Shown here: positions 17,748 through 27,287 of the stretch, piece by piece
Numbering within the stretch: the stretch's first letter is position 1
Layout of the letters: every line of letters starts with the position of its first letter
Virus record (IMG/VR): IMGVR_UViG_2675903330_000002
Strand: one strand, 5' to 3'
Source of the DNA: a virus
Taxonomy: Duplodnaviria > Heunggongvirae > Uroviricota > Caudoviricetes
Length of the DNA stretch: 34,322 nucleotides
Made by a program: the position numbers and the translations under genes
Notes under the pieces: generated by a model
The model's input: the letters and a program-made list of their open reading frames with translations, nothing else
Database searches by the model: none
Told to the model about the DNA's origin: nothing

Positions 17748-18244
17748 TGCCGGTAATTAACATGCATCAGAATATCGCCGCCTTTCTCGACATGCTGGCC
17801 GTGTCCGAAGGGACGGCGAACCATCCGCTGACGAAAAACCGGGGCTATGACGTGATAGTCACCGGACTGGACGGAAAGCCGGAAATCTTCACCGACTACA
17901 GTGACCACCCGTTCGCACATGGCCGACCGGCGAAGGTGTTTAACCGTCGCGGTGAAAAATCCACGGCCTCCGGTCGCTATCAGCAGCTTTACCTGTTCTG
18001 GCCGCATTACCGCAAACAGCTTGCCCTGCCGGATTTCAGTCCGTTGTCACAGGACAGACTCGCCATTCAGTTGATCCGCGAACGCGGTGCGCTGGATGAC
18101 ATCCGGGCGGGACGCATTGAGCGCGCCATTTCACGCTGTTGCAATATCTGGGCGTCCCTGCCGGGTGCCGGTTACGGTCAGCGTGAGCATTCACTGGAAA
18201 AACTGGTCACCGTCTGGCGTACCGCCGGCGGTGTACCGGCTTAA
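17747..18244 (+). CDS. K: endolysin / lysozyme (gpK-like), 165 aa
   Basis: Position in the lysis cassette and size as P2 K. Confidence 0.8.
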   Translation: MPVINMHQNIAAFLDMLAVSEGTANHPLTKNRGYDVIVTGLDGKPEIFTDYSDHPFAHGRPAKVFNRRGEKSTASGRYQQLYLFWPHYRKQLALPDFSPLSQDRLAIQLIRERGALDDIRAGRIERAISRCCNIWASLPGAGYGQREHSLEKLVTVWRTAGGVPA

Positions 18245-18258
18245 ACGGAGTAAACACC

Positions 18259-18684
18259 ATGAAGAAATTATCCCTTTCACTGATGCTGAATGTGTCGCTG
18301 GCGCTGATGCTGGCACTGTCCCTGATTTACCCGCAGAGCGTGGCCGTCAATTTTGTCGCCGCCTGGGCGATTCTGGCGACGGTTATCTGTGTGGTTGCCG
18401 GTGGTGTCGGCGTGTATGCCACTGAGTATGTGCTGGAACGCTACGGGCGGGAGCTGCCACCGGAATCGCTGGCCGTGAAGATTGTCGCGTCGCTGTTTTT
18501 GCAGCCGGTGCCGTGGCGCAGACGGGCGGCGGCTCTGGTGGTGATGGTGGCGACGTTTATCTCGCTGGTCGCTGCCGGGTGGATTTTTACCGCGCTGATT
18601 TACCTCGTGGCGTCGGTGTTCTTCCGGTTGATACGCACGGCCTGTCGTCAGCGTTTTGAGGGGCGGGAACCATGTCAAAGCTGA
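18259..18684 (+). CDS. lysA: LysA-like membrane protein (lysis timing), 141 aa
   Basis: Multi-helix hydrophobic protein following K. Size as P2 LysA. Confidence 0.7.
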   Translation: MKKLSLSLMLNVSLALMLALSLIYPQSVAVNFVAAWAILATVICVVAGGVGVYATEYVLERYGRELPPESLAVKIVASLFLQPVPWRRRAAALVVMVATFISLVAAGWIFTALIYLVASVFFRLIRTACRQRFEGREPCQS

Positions 18685-19097
18685 TGATTGTGCTGGTTGT
18701 GTTGTTATCACTGGCGGTGGCCGGTCTGTTTCTGGCGAAGCATGAAAACGCCAGCCTGCGCACCTTGCTGGACAGGGCGAACAACGTCGCCAACGGGCAG
18801 CAGACGACCATCACCATGCTGAAAAATCAGCTTCATGTTGCCCTCGCCAGAGCAGACAAAAACGAGCTGGCGCAGGTGGCACTGCGTCAGGAACTGGAGA
18901 ACGCGGCGAAGCGTGAAGCACAGCGCGAGAAAACCATCACGAGGTTACTGAATGAAAACGAAGATTTTCGCCGCTGGTACGGCGCTGGCCTGCCTGATGC
19001 TGTGCGCCGGTTGCACCAGCGCCCGGCCTGCACCGACGCCAGTGATTGTCGCCAACGCCTGCCCGAAAGTGAGCCTTTGCCCGATGCCGGGCAGTGA
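18672..19097 (+). CDS. lysB: LysB, Rz-like inner-membrane spanin, 141 aa
   Basis: N-terminal transmembrane helix (MSKLMIVLVVLLSLAVAGLFLA) followed by a coiled-coil-like periplasmic domain. Confidence 0.75.
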   Translation: MSKLMIVLVVLLSLAVAGLFLAKHENASLRTLLDRANNVANGQQTTITMLKNQLHVALARADKNELAQVALRQELENAAKREAQREKTITRLLNENEDFRRWYGAGLPDAVRRLHQRPACTDASDCRQRLPESEPLPDAGQ

Positions 19098-19242
19098 CCC
19101 GGAGACGAACGGCGATTTAAGTGCCGATATCCGACAGCTTGAGAACGCGCTGGCACGCTGTGCCAGCCAGGTAAAAATGATTAAACACTGTCAGGACGAA
19201 AACGATGCTCAAACCCGACAGCCTGCGCAGGGCGCTGACTGA
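18952..19242 (+). CDS. lysC: LysC, Rz1-like outer-membrane lipoprotein spanin, 96 aa
   Basis: Starts inside lysB in another frame. Lipoprotein signal with lipobox (...LMLCAGCTS) and a Pro-rich mature region. Confidence 0.7.
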   Translation: MKTKIFAAGTALACLMLCAGCTSARPAPTPVIVANACPKVSLCPMPGSDPETNGDLSADIRQLENALARCASQVKMIKHCQDENDAQTRQPAQGAD

Positions 19243-19672
19243 TGCCGTCACGGTGCTGAAAACCAGTCCCGAGATGCTGCGGATATTCGTTGATAACGGG
19301 AGTATTGCCTCCACGCTGGCGACGTCGTTGTCATTCGAAAAGCGTTACACGCTCAATGTGATTGTGACCGACTTTACCGGTGATTTTGACCTGCTCATCG
19401 TGCCTGTGCTGGCGTGGCTGCGGGAAAATCAGCCCGACATCATGACCACCGACGCAGGCCAGAAAAAGGGCTTCACGTTTTATGCAGACATCAACAATGA
19501 CAGCAGCTTTGATATCAGCATCAGCCTGATGCTGACCGAGCGCACGCTGGTCAGTGAGGTGGACGGCGCACTGCATGTGAAGAATATCCCGGAACCCACG
19601 CCGCCGGAGCCGGTCACCCGCCCGGTGGAGCTTTATATCAATGGCGAACTGGTGAGCAAGTGGGATGAATGA
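19205..19672 (+). CDS. R: tail completion protein R-like, 155 aa
   Basis: Synteny and size. Confidence 0.75.
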   Translation: MLKPDSLRRALTDAVTVLKTSPEMLRIFVDNGSIASTLATSLSFEKRYTLNVIVTDFTGDFDLLIVPVLAWLRENQPDIMTTDAGQKKGFTFYADINNDSSFDISISLMLTERTLVSEVDGALHVKNIPEPTPPEPVTRPVELYINGELVSKWDE

Positions 19673-20117
19673 GTTTAAGCGTTTTGAAGACCGGCTGACC
19701 GGACTGATTGAATCTCTGTCACCGTCAGGGCGTCGGCGACTGAGCGCCGAACTGGCGAAACGTCTGCGGCAGAGTCAGCAGCGTCGGGTGATGGCTCAGA
19801 AAGCCCCGGACGGCACACCCTACGCGCCACGCCAGCAGCAGAGCGCCAGAAAAAAGACTGGTCGTGTTAAGCGAAAAATGTTTGCGAAACTTATCACCAG
19901 TCGTTTTTTGCATATCCGCGCCAGCCCGGAACAGGCATCAATGGAGTTTTACGGCGGGAAGTCACCGAAAATCGCCAGCGTGCATCAGTTCGGTCTGTCG
20001 GAAGAAAACCGGAAAGACGGTAAGAAAATTGATTATCCGGCGCGTCCTCTGCTCGGCTTTACCAGTGAGGATGTGCAGATGATTGAAGAGATTATCCTGG
20101 CTCACCTCGACCGTTAG
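19665..20117 (+). CDS. S: tail completion protein S-like, 150 aa
   Basis: Synteny and size. Confidence 0.75.
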   Translation: MNEFKRFEDRLTGLIESLSPSGRRRLSAELAKRLRQSQQRRVMAQKAPDGTPYAPRQQQSARKKTGRVKRKMFAKLITSRFLHIRASPEQASMEFYGGKSPKIASVHQFGLSEENRKDGKKIDYPARPLLGFTSEDVQMIEEIILAHLDR

Positions 20118-20183
20118 TTGTGCCATTCCTGACACCTCATCGTCACATTGCCGCCGGTATGACCCGGCGGCATCCTTCCCGTT

Positions 20184-20819
20184 ATGAACACTCTCGCAAA
20201 TATTCAGGAACTCGCGCGCGCACTGCGCAACATGATTCGCACCGGCCTTGTCGTCGAAACCGACCTTAACGCCGGTCGCTGCCGTGTGCAGACCGGCGGC
20301 ATGTGCACCGACTGGCTTCAGTGGCTGACCCATCGCGCCGGACGTTCGCGCACGTGGTGGGCACCTTCCGAGGGGGAACAGGTGCTGATTCTGGCCGTGG
20401 GCGGTGAACTCGACACAGCGTTCGTTCTGCCGGGGATTTATTCCGGTGATAACCCCGCGCCGTCTGCGTCGGCGGATGCCCTGCATATCCGTTTCCCTGA
20501 CGGGGCGGTGATTGAGTATGAACCCGAAACCAGTGCACTCACGGTAAGCGGAATTAAAACGGCCAGCGTGACGGCTTCTGATTCTGTTACTACCACGGTG
20601 CCGGTGGTCACGGTGAAAGCATCAACCCGCGTCACCCTGGACACACCGGAGGTGGTCTGCACCAACAAGCTGACTACTGGCTCGCTGGAAGTGCAGAAGG
20701 GCGGGAAGATGCACGGCAACATCGAGCATACCGGTGGTGAACTCTCATCAAACGGTAAGGTACTGCATACCCATAAACACCCCGGCGATAGTGGCGGCAC
20801 AACAGGGGGACCTCTATGA
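20184..20819 (+). CDS. V: baseplate spike/assembly protein V-like, 211 aa
   Basis: Synteny and size. Confidence 0.8.
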   Translation: MNTLANIQELARALRNMIRTGLVVETDLNAGRCRVQTGGMCTDWLQWLTHRAGRSRTWWAPSEGEQVLILAVGGELDTAFVLPGIYSGDNPAPSASADALHIRFPDGAVIEYEPETSALTVSGIKTASVTASDSVTTTVPVVTVKASTRVTLDTPEVVCTNKLTTGSLEVQKGGKMHGNIEHTGGELSSNGKVLHTHKHPGDSGGTTGGPL

Positions 20820-21163
20820 CTGCGCGTTATCTCGGAATGAATCGCAGTGATGGCCTGACGGTCACTGACCTTGAGCATATCAGCCAGAGTATCGGCGATA
20901 TCCTGCGTACACCGGTCGGCTCACGGGTGATGCGTCGTGATTACGGCTCGTTGCTGGCGTCAATGATTGACCAGCCGCAGGCCCCGGCGCTTGAGTTGCA
21001 GATTAAGGCCGCCTGTTACATGGCGGTGCTGAAATGGGAACCCCGCGTCACCCTGTCATCCGTCACCACTGAGCGCAGTTTTGACGGGCGAATGACGGTC
21101 ACGTTAACCGGCCGGCACAACGACACCGGCCAGCCACTTTCGTTAACCATCCCTGTGAGTTGA
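20816..21163 (+). CDS. W: baseplate protein W-like, 115 aa
   Basis: Synteny and size. Confidence 0.8.
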   Translation: MTARYLGMNRSDGLTVTDLEHISQSIGDILRTPVGSRVMRRDYGSLLASMIDQPQAPALELQIKAACYMAVLKWEPRVTLSSVTTERSFDGRMTVTLTGRHNDTGQPLSLTIPVS

Positions 21164-21167
21164 AACC

Positions 21168-22076
21168 ATGCCGATTATCGACCTGAACCAGCTACCCGCA
21201 CCGGATGTGGTCGAGGAGCTGGATTTTGAAACCATTCTTGCTGAACGCAAGGCGACACTGATTTCCCTTTACCCGGAAGACCAGCAGGAGGCGGTCGCCC
21301 GTACCCTGACGCTGGAATCCGAGCCTATCGTCAAACTGCTGGAGGAAAACGCTTATCGTGAGCTTATCTGGCGTCAGCGTGTGAATGAGGCCGCACGGGC
21401 GGTAATGCTGGCCTGTGCCGCCGGTAATGACCTTGATGTGATTGGTGCCAATTACAACACCACACGCCTGATTATCACCCCGGCAGATGATTCGACCATC
21501 CCGCCGACACCGGCAGTGATGGAGTCTGACACCGATTATCGTCTGCGTATTCAGCAGGCGTTTGAGGGCTTAAGCGTCGCCGGGTCGGTGGGTGCCTATC
21601 AGTATCATGGTCGCAGTGCCGACGGGCGTGTCGCGGATATCTCTGTCACCAGTCCGTCTCCGGCCTGCGTCACCATCTCTGTGCTGTCACGTGAGAATAA
21701 CGGTGTGGCATCCGAAGACCTGCTGGCTGTGGTACGTAACGCCCTTAATGGCGAGGATGTCAGGCCGGTGGCCGACCGCGTGACCGTGCAGTCTGCCGTC
21801 ATCGTTGAATACCAGATAAACGCCACGCTTTACCTTTACCCTGGTCCCGAAAGCGAACCCATTCGCGCTGCCGCCGTGAAAAAACTGGAAGCGTATATCA
21901 CGGCACAGCACCGGCTGGGGCGTGACATCCGTCTGTCTGCCATTTATGCCGCTTTGCATGTGGAAGGTGTGCAGCGTGTCGAACTGGCTGCACCACTGGC
22001 CGACATCGTGCTCAACAGTACGCAGGCGTCTTTCTGTACCGAATACCGCGTCGTGACCGGAGGCTCGGATGAGTGA
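21168..22076 (+). CDS. J: baseplate protein J-like, 302 aa
   Basis: Synteny and size. Confidence 0.8.
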   Translation: MPIIDLNQLPAPDVVEELDFETILAERKATLISLYPEDQQEAVARTLTLESEPIVKLLEENAYRELIWRQRVNEAARAVMLACAAGNDLDVIGANYNTTRLIITPADDSTIPPTPAVMESDTDYRLRIQQAFEGLSVAGSVGAYQYHGRSADGRVADISVTSPSPACVTISVLSRENNGVASEDLLAVVRNALNGEDVRPVADRVTVQSAVIVEYQINATLYLYPGPESEPIRAAAVKKLEAYITAQHRLGRDIRLSAIYAALHVEGVQRVELAAPLADIVLNSTQASFCTEYRVVTGGSDE

Positions 22077-22680
22077 TTCGCGCCTGCTGCCGACCGGCTC
22101 ATCACTGCTTGAAGTCGCCGCCGCAAAAGCCTGTGCGGAAATTGAAAAAACGCCGGTCAGTATTCGTGAGCTGTGGAACCCGGATACCTGTCCGGCAAAT
22201 CTGCTGCCGTGGCTGGCGTGGTCATTTTCTGTTGACCGCTGGGATGATAAGTGGCCGGAAGCGACAAAACGCGCTGTTATCCGCGATGCGTATTTCATTC
22301 ACTGCCATAAGGGCACTATAGGCGCAATCCGGCGTGTGGTGGAGCCGCTCGGCTATCTGATTGAGGTGAGGGAGTGGTGGCAACTCAACGAGGAGCCGGG
22401 GACGTTCCGTATCGTTGTTGGCGTGCTTGAGCAGGGTATTACCGAGGAAATGTATCAGGAGCTGGAGCGCCTCGTTGCTGATGCAAAACCGGCAAGCCGC
22501 CATCTGACGGGACTGGCTATCAGTTTAAGTACAACCGGCAACATTTTTGCCGGTGCGGGATGCTATCACGGTGACGCCCTGACGGTTTATCCCTACACCC
22601 CGGAGGCCATTATTGTCGGAGGGGATTATTTCCCGGCCTCGGCCATTCATTTAATTGATAACCTGAGAGTAAACGCATGA
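22069..22680 (+). CDS. I: baseplate/tail protein I-like, 203 aa
   Basis: Synteny, immediately upstream of the tail-fibre gene. Confidence 0.75.
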   Translation: MSDSRLLPTGSSLLEVAAAKACAEIEKTPVSIRELWNPDTCPANLLPWLAWSFSVDRWDDKWPEATKRAVIRDAYFIHCHKGTIGAIRRVVEPLGYLIEVREWWQLNEEPGTFRIVVGVLEQGITEEMYQELERLVADAKPASRHLTGLAISLSTTGNIFAGAGCYHGDALTVYPYTPEAIIVGGDYFPASAIHLIDNLRVNA

Positions 22681-23894
22681 CAGTGAAATACTACGCCATT
22701 CTGACTAATCAGGGCGCGGCACGGCTGGCTAACGCGACGATGCTCGGCAGTAAGCTGAATCTGACGCAAATGGCCGTTGGTGATGCAAATGGTGTCTTGC
22801 CGACACCAGACCCGGCACAGACAAAACTGATTAACCAGAAACGCATCGCGCCGCTGAATCTTCTGAGTGTTGACCCGAACAACCAGAGCCAGATTATTGC
22901 GGAGCAAATCATCCCTGAGAACGAGGGCGGATTCTGGATCCGTGAGATTGGGCTTTATGATGATGAAGGCGTACTCATTGCGGTGGCGAACTGCCCGGAA
23001 ACGTACAAACCGCAGTTACAGGAAGGCAGTGGTCGTACCCAGACTATCCGCATGATTCTGGTTGTCACGAATACCGAAGCTATCACGCTGAAAATCGATC
23101 CGTCGGTGGTACTGGCGACCCGTAAATACGTGGATGATGAAGTCCTGGAATTAAAGCTGTATGTGGATGACCAGATGAGAAACCACATTGCCGCACAGGA
23201 TCCTCATACCCAGTATGCGCAGAAACATAATCCGACATTTACCGGAGAACCAAAAGCGCCGACGCCTGCCGCAGGAAATAACACCACGCGGATTGCGACC
23301 ACTGAGTTTGTTCAGGCCGCTATTACCGCTCTGATTAACGGTGCGCCAGCCACGCTGGACACACTGAAAGAAATTGCCGCAGCCATTAACAATGACCCGA
23401 AATTCAGTACCACCATTAACAATGCGCTGTCAGGTAAGCAGCCACTGGATGAGACGCTGACTCATTTGAGTGGAAAGGATGTTGCCGGTCTTCTCGCATA
23501 CCTTGGTTTGGGAGAAGCGGCAACGAGGAACGTCGGAACGGATACCGGGCAAGTACCAGATATGAGTAGTTTTACAACGGGGCACTCTGGAGCAGCAGAC
23601 TGGCCGAATCCTAAATCTGGATGGAGTAAGGGGCCGGATGGGGTAATTACACAATGGGGTATTTTCGGTTTCCCCGTTGGACAGACAGGGACGAATGTTG
23701 TTTTCCCGCTACCTTTCCCCGCGCGGGTCGAATCAATTACACTGACAATGGCAGATATACAGGAGTCTCTGCTTTCTCCAGCAACCATGCCTGCTTATGG
23801 AGTTAACTCAACTGGTACTTCAAGAACGGGTTTTACAGCCCGTATGTCAGGCGCCGGTGGGTTTAATCTTTGCTATATAGCGAAAGGGAGATAA
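22677..23894 (+). CDS. H: tail fibre protein (H-like), constant N-terminal part plus invertible C-terminal cassette, 405 aa
   Basis: N-terminus MTVKYYAILTNQGAARLANA is typical of P2/Mu-type tail fibres. A crossover site lies inside the gene at 23491-23516, about codon 272. Confidence 0.85.
   Translation: MTVKYYAILTNQGAARLANATMLGSKLNLTQMAVGDANGVLPTPDPAQTKLINQKRIAPLNLLSVDPNNQSQIIAEQIIPENEGGFWIREIGLYDDEGVLIAVANCPETYKPQLQEGSGRTQTIRMILVVTNTEAITLKIDPSVVLATRKYVDDEVLELKLYVDDQMRNHIAAQDPHTQYAQKHNPTFTGEPKAPTPAAGNNTTRIATTEFVQAAITALINGAPATLDTLKEIAAAINNDPKFSTTINNALSGKQPLDETLTHLSGKDVAGLLAYLGLGEAATRNVGTDTGQVPDMSSFTTGHSGAADWPNPKSGWSKGPDGVITQWGIFGFPVGQTGTNVVFPLPFPARVESITLTMADIQESLLSPATMPAYGVNSTGTSRTGFTARMSGAGGFNLCYIAKGR
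23491..23516. repeat. left crossover site for DNA invertase (hix/gix-like, 26 bp)
   Basis: TTCTCGCATACC-TT-GGTTTGGGAGAA is in inverted orientation to the site at 25351-25376 and shares the half-site TTCTCCCAAACC. Confidence 0.75.
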
Positions 23895-23898
23895 CAGA

Positions 23899-24342
23899 AT
23901 GAATAAAGTTAAAAGTGTTTACAGCCCGTCCGAAAATGCAATCTACAACGCAGCGCTATATGAAAGTTATATCAAGGAGGGGACATGGCCGCAGGATGGT
24001 ATTGAAATCAGCGATGAGGATGCTGTCAGATTTAATGGGGGAAATAAGCCAACAGGAAAAATGCTGGGAATGGTTTCAGGGACCCTTGCATGGGTTGATG
24101 AGCCGCCGCTTTCACCAGAACAGAAAATATCAGATGCAGAAAACATGAAAGCCACATTTCGTGCAAAAGCTGACAGTGAAATATCCTGGCGTCAGGATGC
24201 TGTTGATGCTGGTATCGCAACTGATGAAGAAACTTCAACTCTCACCCAATGGAAGAAATACCGTGTGCTGCTGATGCGTGTTGATACGTCAACAGCACCC
24301 GATATTGAATGGCCTACGCCTCCGGCAGCTCAGGCCAGATGA
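23899..24342 (+). CDS. tail fibre assembly protein (G/U-like), ON orientation, 147 aa
   Basis: Follows the tail fibre gene. Its C-terminus (...VDTSTAPDIEWPTPP) resembles that of the convergent paralogue. Confidence 0.75.
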   Translation: MNKVKSVYSPSENAIYNAALYESYIKEGTWPQDGIEISDEDAVRFNGGNKPTGKMLGMVSGTLAWVDEPPLSPEQKISDAENMKATFRAKADSEISWRQDAVDAGIATDEETSTLTQWKKYRVLLMRVDTSTAPDIEWPTPPAAQAR

Positions 24343-24907
24343 CATCCGGCGCGGTGCTGGTATCTGTTACCGTCACCGCGTCAATGTAATCCAGCACGGC
24401 GTTAAGTCGGGTTGTTTCTGCCTGCGTCAGCTTCCGTCCGGCCTGTAATTTCAGTTGAATCAGACTGATGGAAGCCATTGCAGCATCAATCAGCGACTGG
24501 CGCTGTGCTTCTGCTGCGTCTACTGCGGCACTATGCTGTGCCTCAGTATCTGTCACCCATTTCTCACCATCCCATTTATCGTATGGCGTTAACGGTGAAA
24601 GCGTGACATAACCGTCTTTGATGGCACCGATATAATCCACTGTAACAGCTGCGCCATTTTCGATTGAGTAAACAGTCTCATTGCGGTGGTCTTCTTCATG
24701 GCTCCATCCCTTACCCGTAAATACTGCCACTTTCCCCGGAATGTATTCGCCCGGGTCAATACCAGTGGAACAGGCGGGCATACTTACGCCAGTATTAATA
24801 TATTCATCAGACCAGCCCGTATACTCAGATGTTTCAGCATCATAATAAAAACAACGCATATCGCCCGGCACTGTAGCCAGCCCATTTTCATCAAAAACAG
24901 GTTTCAT
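24314..24907 (-). CDS. alternative tail fibre assembly protein (U'-like), OFF orientation, 197 aa
   Basis: Convergent with and overlapping the previous gene at 24314-24342. C-terminal motif ...TDTSTAPDVIWPELP. Confidence 0.7.
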   Translation of the reverse strand: MKPVFDENGLATVPGDMRCFYYDAETSEYTGWSDEYINTGVSMPACSTGIDPGEYIPGKVAVFTGKGWSHEEDHRNETVYSIENGAAVTVDYIGAIKDGYVTLSPLTPYDKWDGEKWVTDTEAQHSAAVDAAEAQRQSLIDAAMASISLIQLKLQAGRKLTQAETTRLNAVLDYIDAVTVTDTSTAPDVIWPELPEA

Positions 24908-25404
24908 TATTTAGCCCTCACCAGAAAGTTAAATGCAATATTTCGCGGTCTGACAGCAACAAAATTCACACCATCACCCACAGAGTTACTGGTGAAATTA
25001 AATCGTGAAAATCCTGGCTGATTTCCGGCGATGCCATCATGAAAGTTAATTGCGTGTCCCGCACCTTCGCCTATATTCCCGGCAAACTGAGAAAAGTTTG
25101 TAGCTGCCTGCCAGCTTAATAATTCGCGACCACCGTCTGCACCTCGCCCGTCATCCCAGATACGAATGAAATCACCGCGGGCTTCAGGTAATACCAGCGA
25201 AGGAAATACTTTCGCCAGCACAGGATAATCAGTGGCAGAGAATTTCGCGCCGCTGAACTTCAAAAACACCATACTGGACCAGCTGTCGATTACAGTATTT
25301 GGCATTGCAGCGGACGGCCAGAAGAACGGAACGCCAATAGCTGGAGCACCTTCTCCCAAACCAACGTTTATGAAAATGCAGAGATAATGGCTAACTGGCA
25401 TCAT
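24907..25404 (-). CDS. alternative tail-fibre C-terminal cassette (H'v), promoterless in this orientation
   Basis: The ORF's 5' end runs through the right crossover site and encodes ...NVGLGEGAP, matching the LGLGE junction in H. It has no independent start context. A functional product is expected only after inversion. Confidence 0.6.
   Translation of the reverse strand: MMPVSHYLCIFINVGLGEGAPAIGVPFFWPSAAMPNTVIDSWSSMVFLKFSGAKFSATDYPVLAKVFPSLVLPEARGDFIRIWDDGRGADGGRELLSWQAATNFSQFAGNIGEGAGHAINFHDGIAGNQPGFSRFNFTSNSVGDGVNFVAVRPRNIAFNFLVRAK
25351..25376. repeat. right crossover site for DNA invertase (hix/gix-like, 26 bp)
   Basis: TTCTCCCAAACC-AA-CGTTTATGAAAA lies immediately upstream of the invertase gene and resembles Hin/Gin/Cin crossover sites. 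Confidence 0.75.
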
Positions 25405-25431
25405 CCCCGGTTTTTATTCAGGGGGTTGATC

Positions 25432-26025
25432 ATGCTTATTGGCTATGTACGCGTGTCAACAAATGACCAGAACACCGATTTGCAACGTAGTGCGCTGAAC
25501 TGCGCGGGATGTGAGCGGATTTTTGAGGATAAAATCAGCGGCACTAAGTCCGACAGACCGGGGCTGAAAAAACTGCTCAGGACACTATCGGCAGGAGACA
25601 CGCTGGTAGTCTGGAAGCTGGACAGGCTGGGGCGTAGTATGCGGCATCTGGTCATTCTGGTTGAGGAGCTGCGCGAACGCGGCGTTAATTTTCGCAGCCT
25701 GACAGATGCTATTGATACCAGCACGCCGATGGGGCGTTTTTTCTTTCATGTGATGGGTGCCCTGGCTGAAATGGAGCGAGAACTCATTGTCGAGCGGACA
25801 CGCGCCGGACTGGAAGCGGCCAGAGCCAAAGGGCGTATTGGTGGCAGACGTCCGAAGCTCACCGCGAGTGAGTGGGAACAGGCAGGACGGTTGCTGGCTG
25901 CGGGTGAATCACGTCAACGCGTGGCGCTGATTTTTGATATTGGCCTGTCCACGCTCTATAAAAAATTCCCCTCATCAGCGGCAAAGAATAAATTGTGTCA
26001 TCCCTTAGCCAACCGGGACAAATAG
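25432..26025 (+). CDS. serine recombinase, Gin/Hin/Cin/Pin-family DNA invertase (about 197 aa)
   Basis: N-terminus MLIGYVRVSTNDQNTDLQR contains the catalytic Ser of the resolvase/invertase fold. C-terminal HTH ...GESRQRVALIFDIGLSTLYKKFP. ATG at 25432 preceded by AGGGGG. Occupies the slot where P2 has Z/fun. Confidence 0.9.
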   Translation: MLIGYVRVSTNDQNTDLQRSALNCAGCERIFEDKISGTKSDRPGLKKLLRTLSAGDTLVVWKLDRLGRSMRHLVILVEELRERGVNFRSLTDAIDTSTPMGRFFFHVMGALAEMERELIVERTRAGLEAARAKGRIGGRRPKLTASEWEQAGRLLAAGESRQRVALIFDIGLSTLYKKFPSSAAKNKLCHPLANRDK

Positions 26026-26084
26026 CCTGACATCTCCGGCACAACTGAAAATAACACTCACCCATTAACCACGGAGTTAAACGG

Positions 26085-27275
26085 ATGAGTGACTATCATC
26101 ACGGCGTGCAGGTGCTGGAGATTAACGACGGCACCCGCGTCATTTCCACCGTATCCACCGCCATTGTTGGCATGGTCTGCACGGCCAGCGATGCGGATGC
26201 GGAAACCTTCCCCGTCAATAAACCGGTGCTGATCACCAATGTGCAGAGCGCGATTGCAAAGGCCGGTAAAAAAGGCACGCTGGCGGCATCGTTGCAGGCC
26301 ATCGCTGACCAGTCAAAACCGGTCACCGTTGTCGTGCGCGTGGAAGACGGAACCGGCGACGACGAAGAAACGAAACTCGCGCAGACCGTTTCCAATATCA
26401 TCGGCACCACTGACGAAAACGGTCAGTACACCGGACTGAAAGCCCTGCTGGCGGCGGAGTCGGTAACCGGTGTTAAACCGCGTATTCTTGGTGTGCCGGG
26501 ACTGGACACCAAAGAGGTGGCGGTTGCACTGGCATCCGTCTGTCAGAAGCTGCGCGCTTTCGGGTATATCAGCGCATGGGGCTGTAAAACCATTTCCGAG
26601 GTGAAAGCCTACCGCCAGAATTTCAGCCAGCGTGAGCTGATGGTCATCTGGCCGGATTTCCTCGCATGGGATACGGTCACCAGTACCACCGCCACCGCGT
26701 ATGCCACCGCCCGTGCGCTGGGTCTGCGTGCCAAAATCGACCAGGAGCAGGGCTGGCATAAAACGCTGTCCAACGTCGGGGTGAACGGTGTTACCGGCAT
26801 CAGCGCATCTGTATTCTGGGATTTGCAGGAGTCCGGCACCGATGCTGACCTGCTTAACGAGTCAGGCGTCACAACGCTGATTCGCCGTGACGGTTTCCGC
26901 TTCTGGGGTAACCGTACCTGCTCTGATGACCCGCTGTTCCTCTTTGAAAACTACACCCGCACCGCGCAGGTGCTGGCCGACACGATGGCTGAGGCGCATA
27001 TGTGGGCGGTGGACAAGCCTATCACCGCAACGCTGATTCGCGACATCGTTGACGGCATCAATGCCAAATTCCGTGAGCTGAAAACAAACGGCTATATCGT
27101 GGATGCGACCTGCTGGTTCAGCGAAGAATCCAACGATGCGGAAACCCTTAAGGCCGGAAAACTGTATATCGACTACGACTATACCCCGGTGCCTCCTCTT
27201 GAAAACCTGACCCTGCGCCAGCGTATTACCGATAAATACCTGGCAAATCTGGTCACCTCGGTTAACAGCAATTAA
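26085..27275 (+). CDS. FI: tail sheath protein (FI-like), 396 aa
   Basis: Synteny and size. Confidence 0.85.
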   Translation: MSDYHHGVQVLEINDGTRVISTVSTAIVGMVCTASDADAETFPVNKPVLITNVQSAIAKAGKKGTLAASLQAIADQSKPVTVVVRVEDGTGDDEETKLAQTVSNIIGTTDENGQYTGLKALLAAESVTGVKPRILGVPGLDTKEVAVALASVCQKLRAFGYISAWGCKTISEVKAYRQNFSQRELMVIWPDFLAWDTVTSTTATAYATARALGLRAKIDQEQGWHKTLSNVGVNGVTGISASVFWDLQESGTDADLLNESGVTTLIRRDGFRFWGNRTCSDDPLFLFENYTRTAQVLADTMAEAHMWAVDKPITATLIRDIVDGINAKFRELKTNGYIVDATCWFSEESNDAETLKAGKLYIDYDYTPVPPLENLTLRQRITDKYLANLVTSVNSN

Positions 27276-27287
27276 GGAGCCTGACCG

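Larger units (their letters stand above)
23491..25376. other. invertible tail-fibre host-range segment (Mu G / P1 C-segment type)
   Basis: Delimited by the two inverted 26-bp sites. Contains the Hv cassette plus an assembly gene in the ON orientation and a second assembly gene plus promoterless H'v cassette in the OFF orientation. Inversion at the central dinucleotide would give an in-frame fusion (...AYLGLGE-GAPAIGVPFFWP...). Confidence 0.75.
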
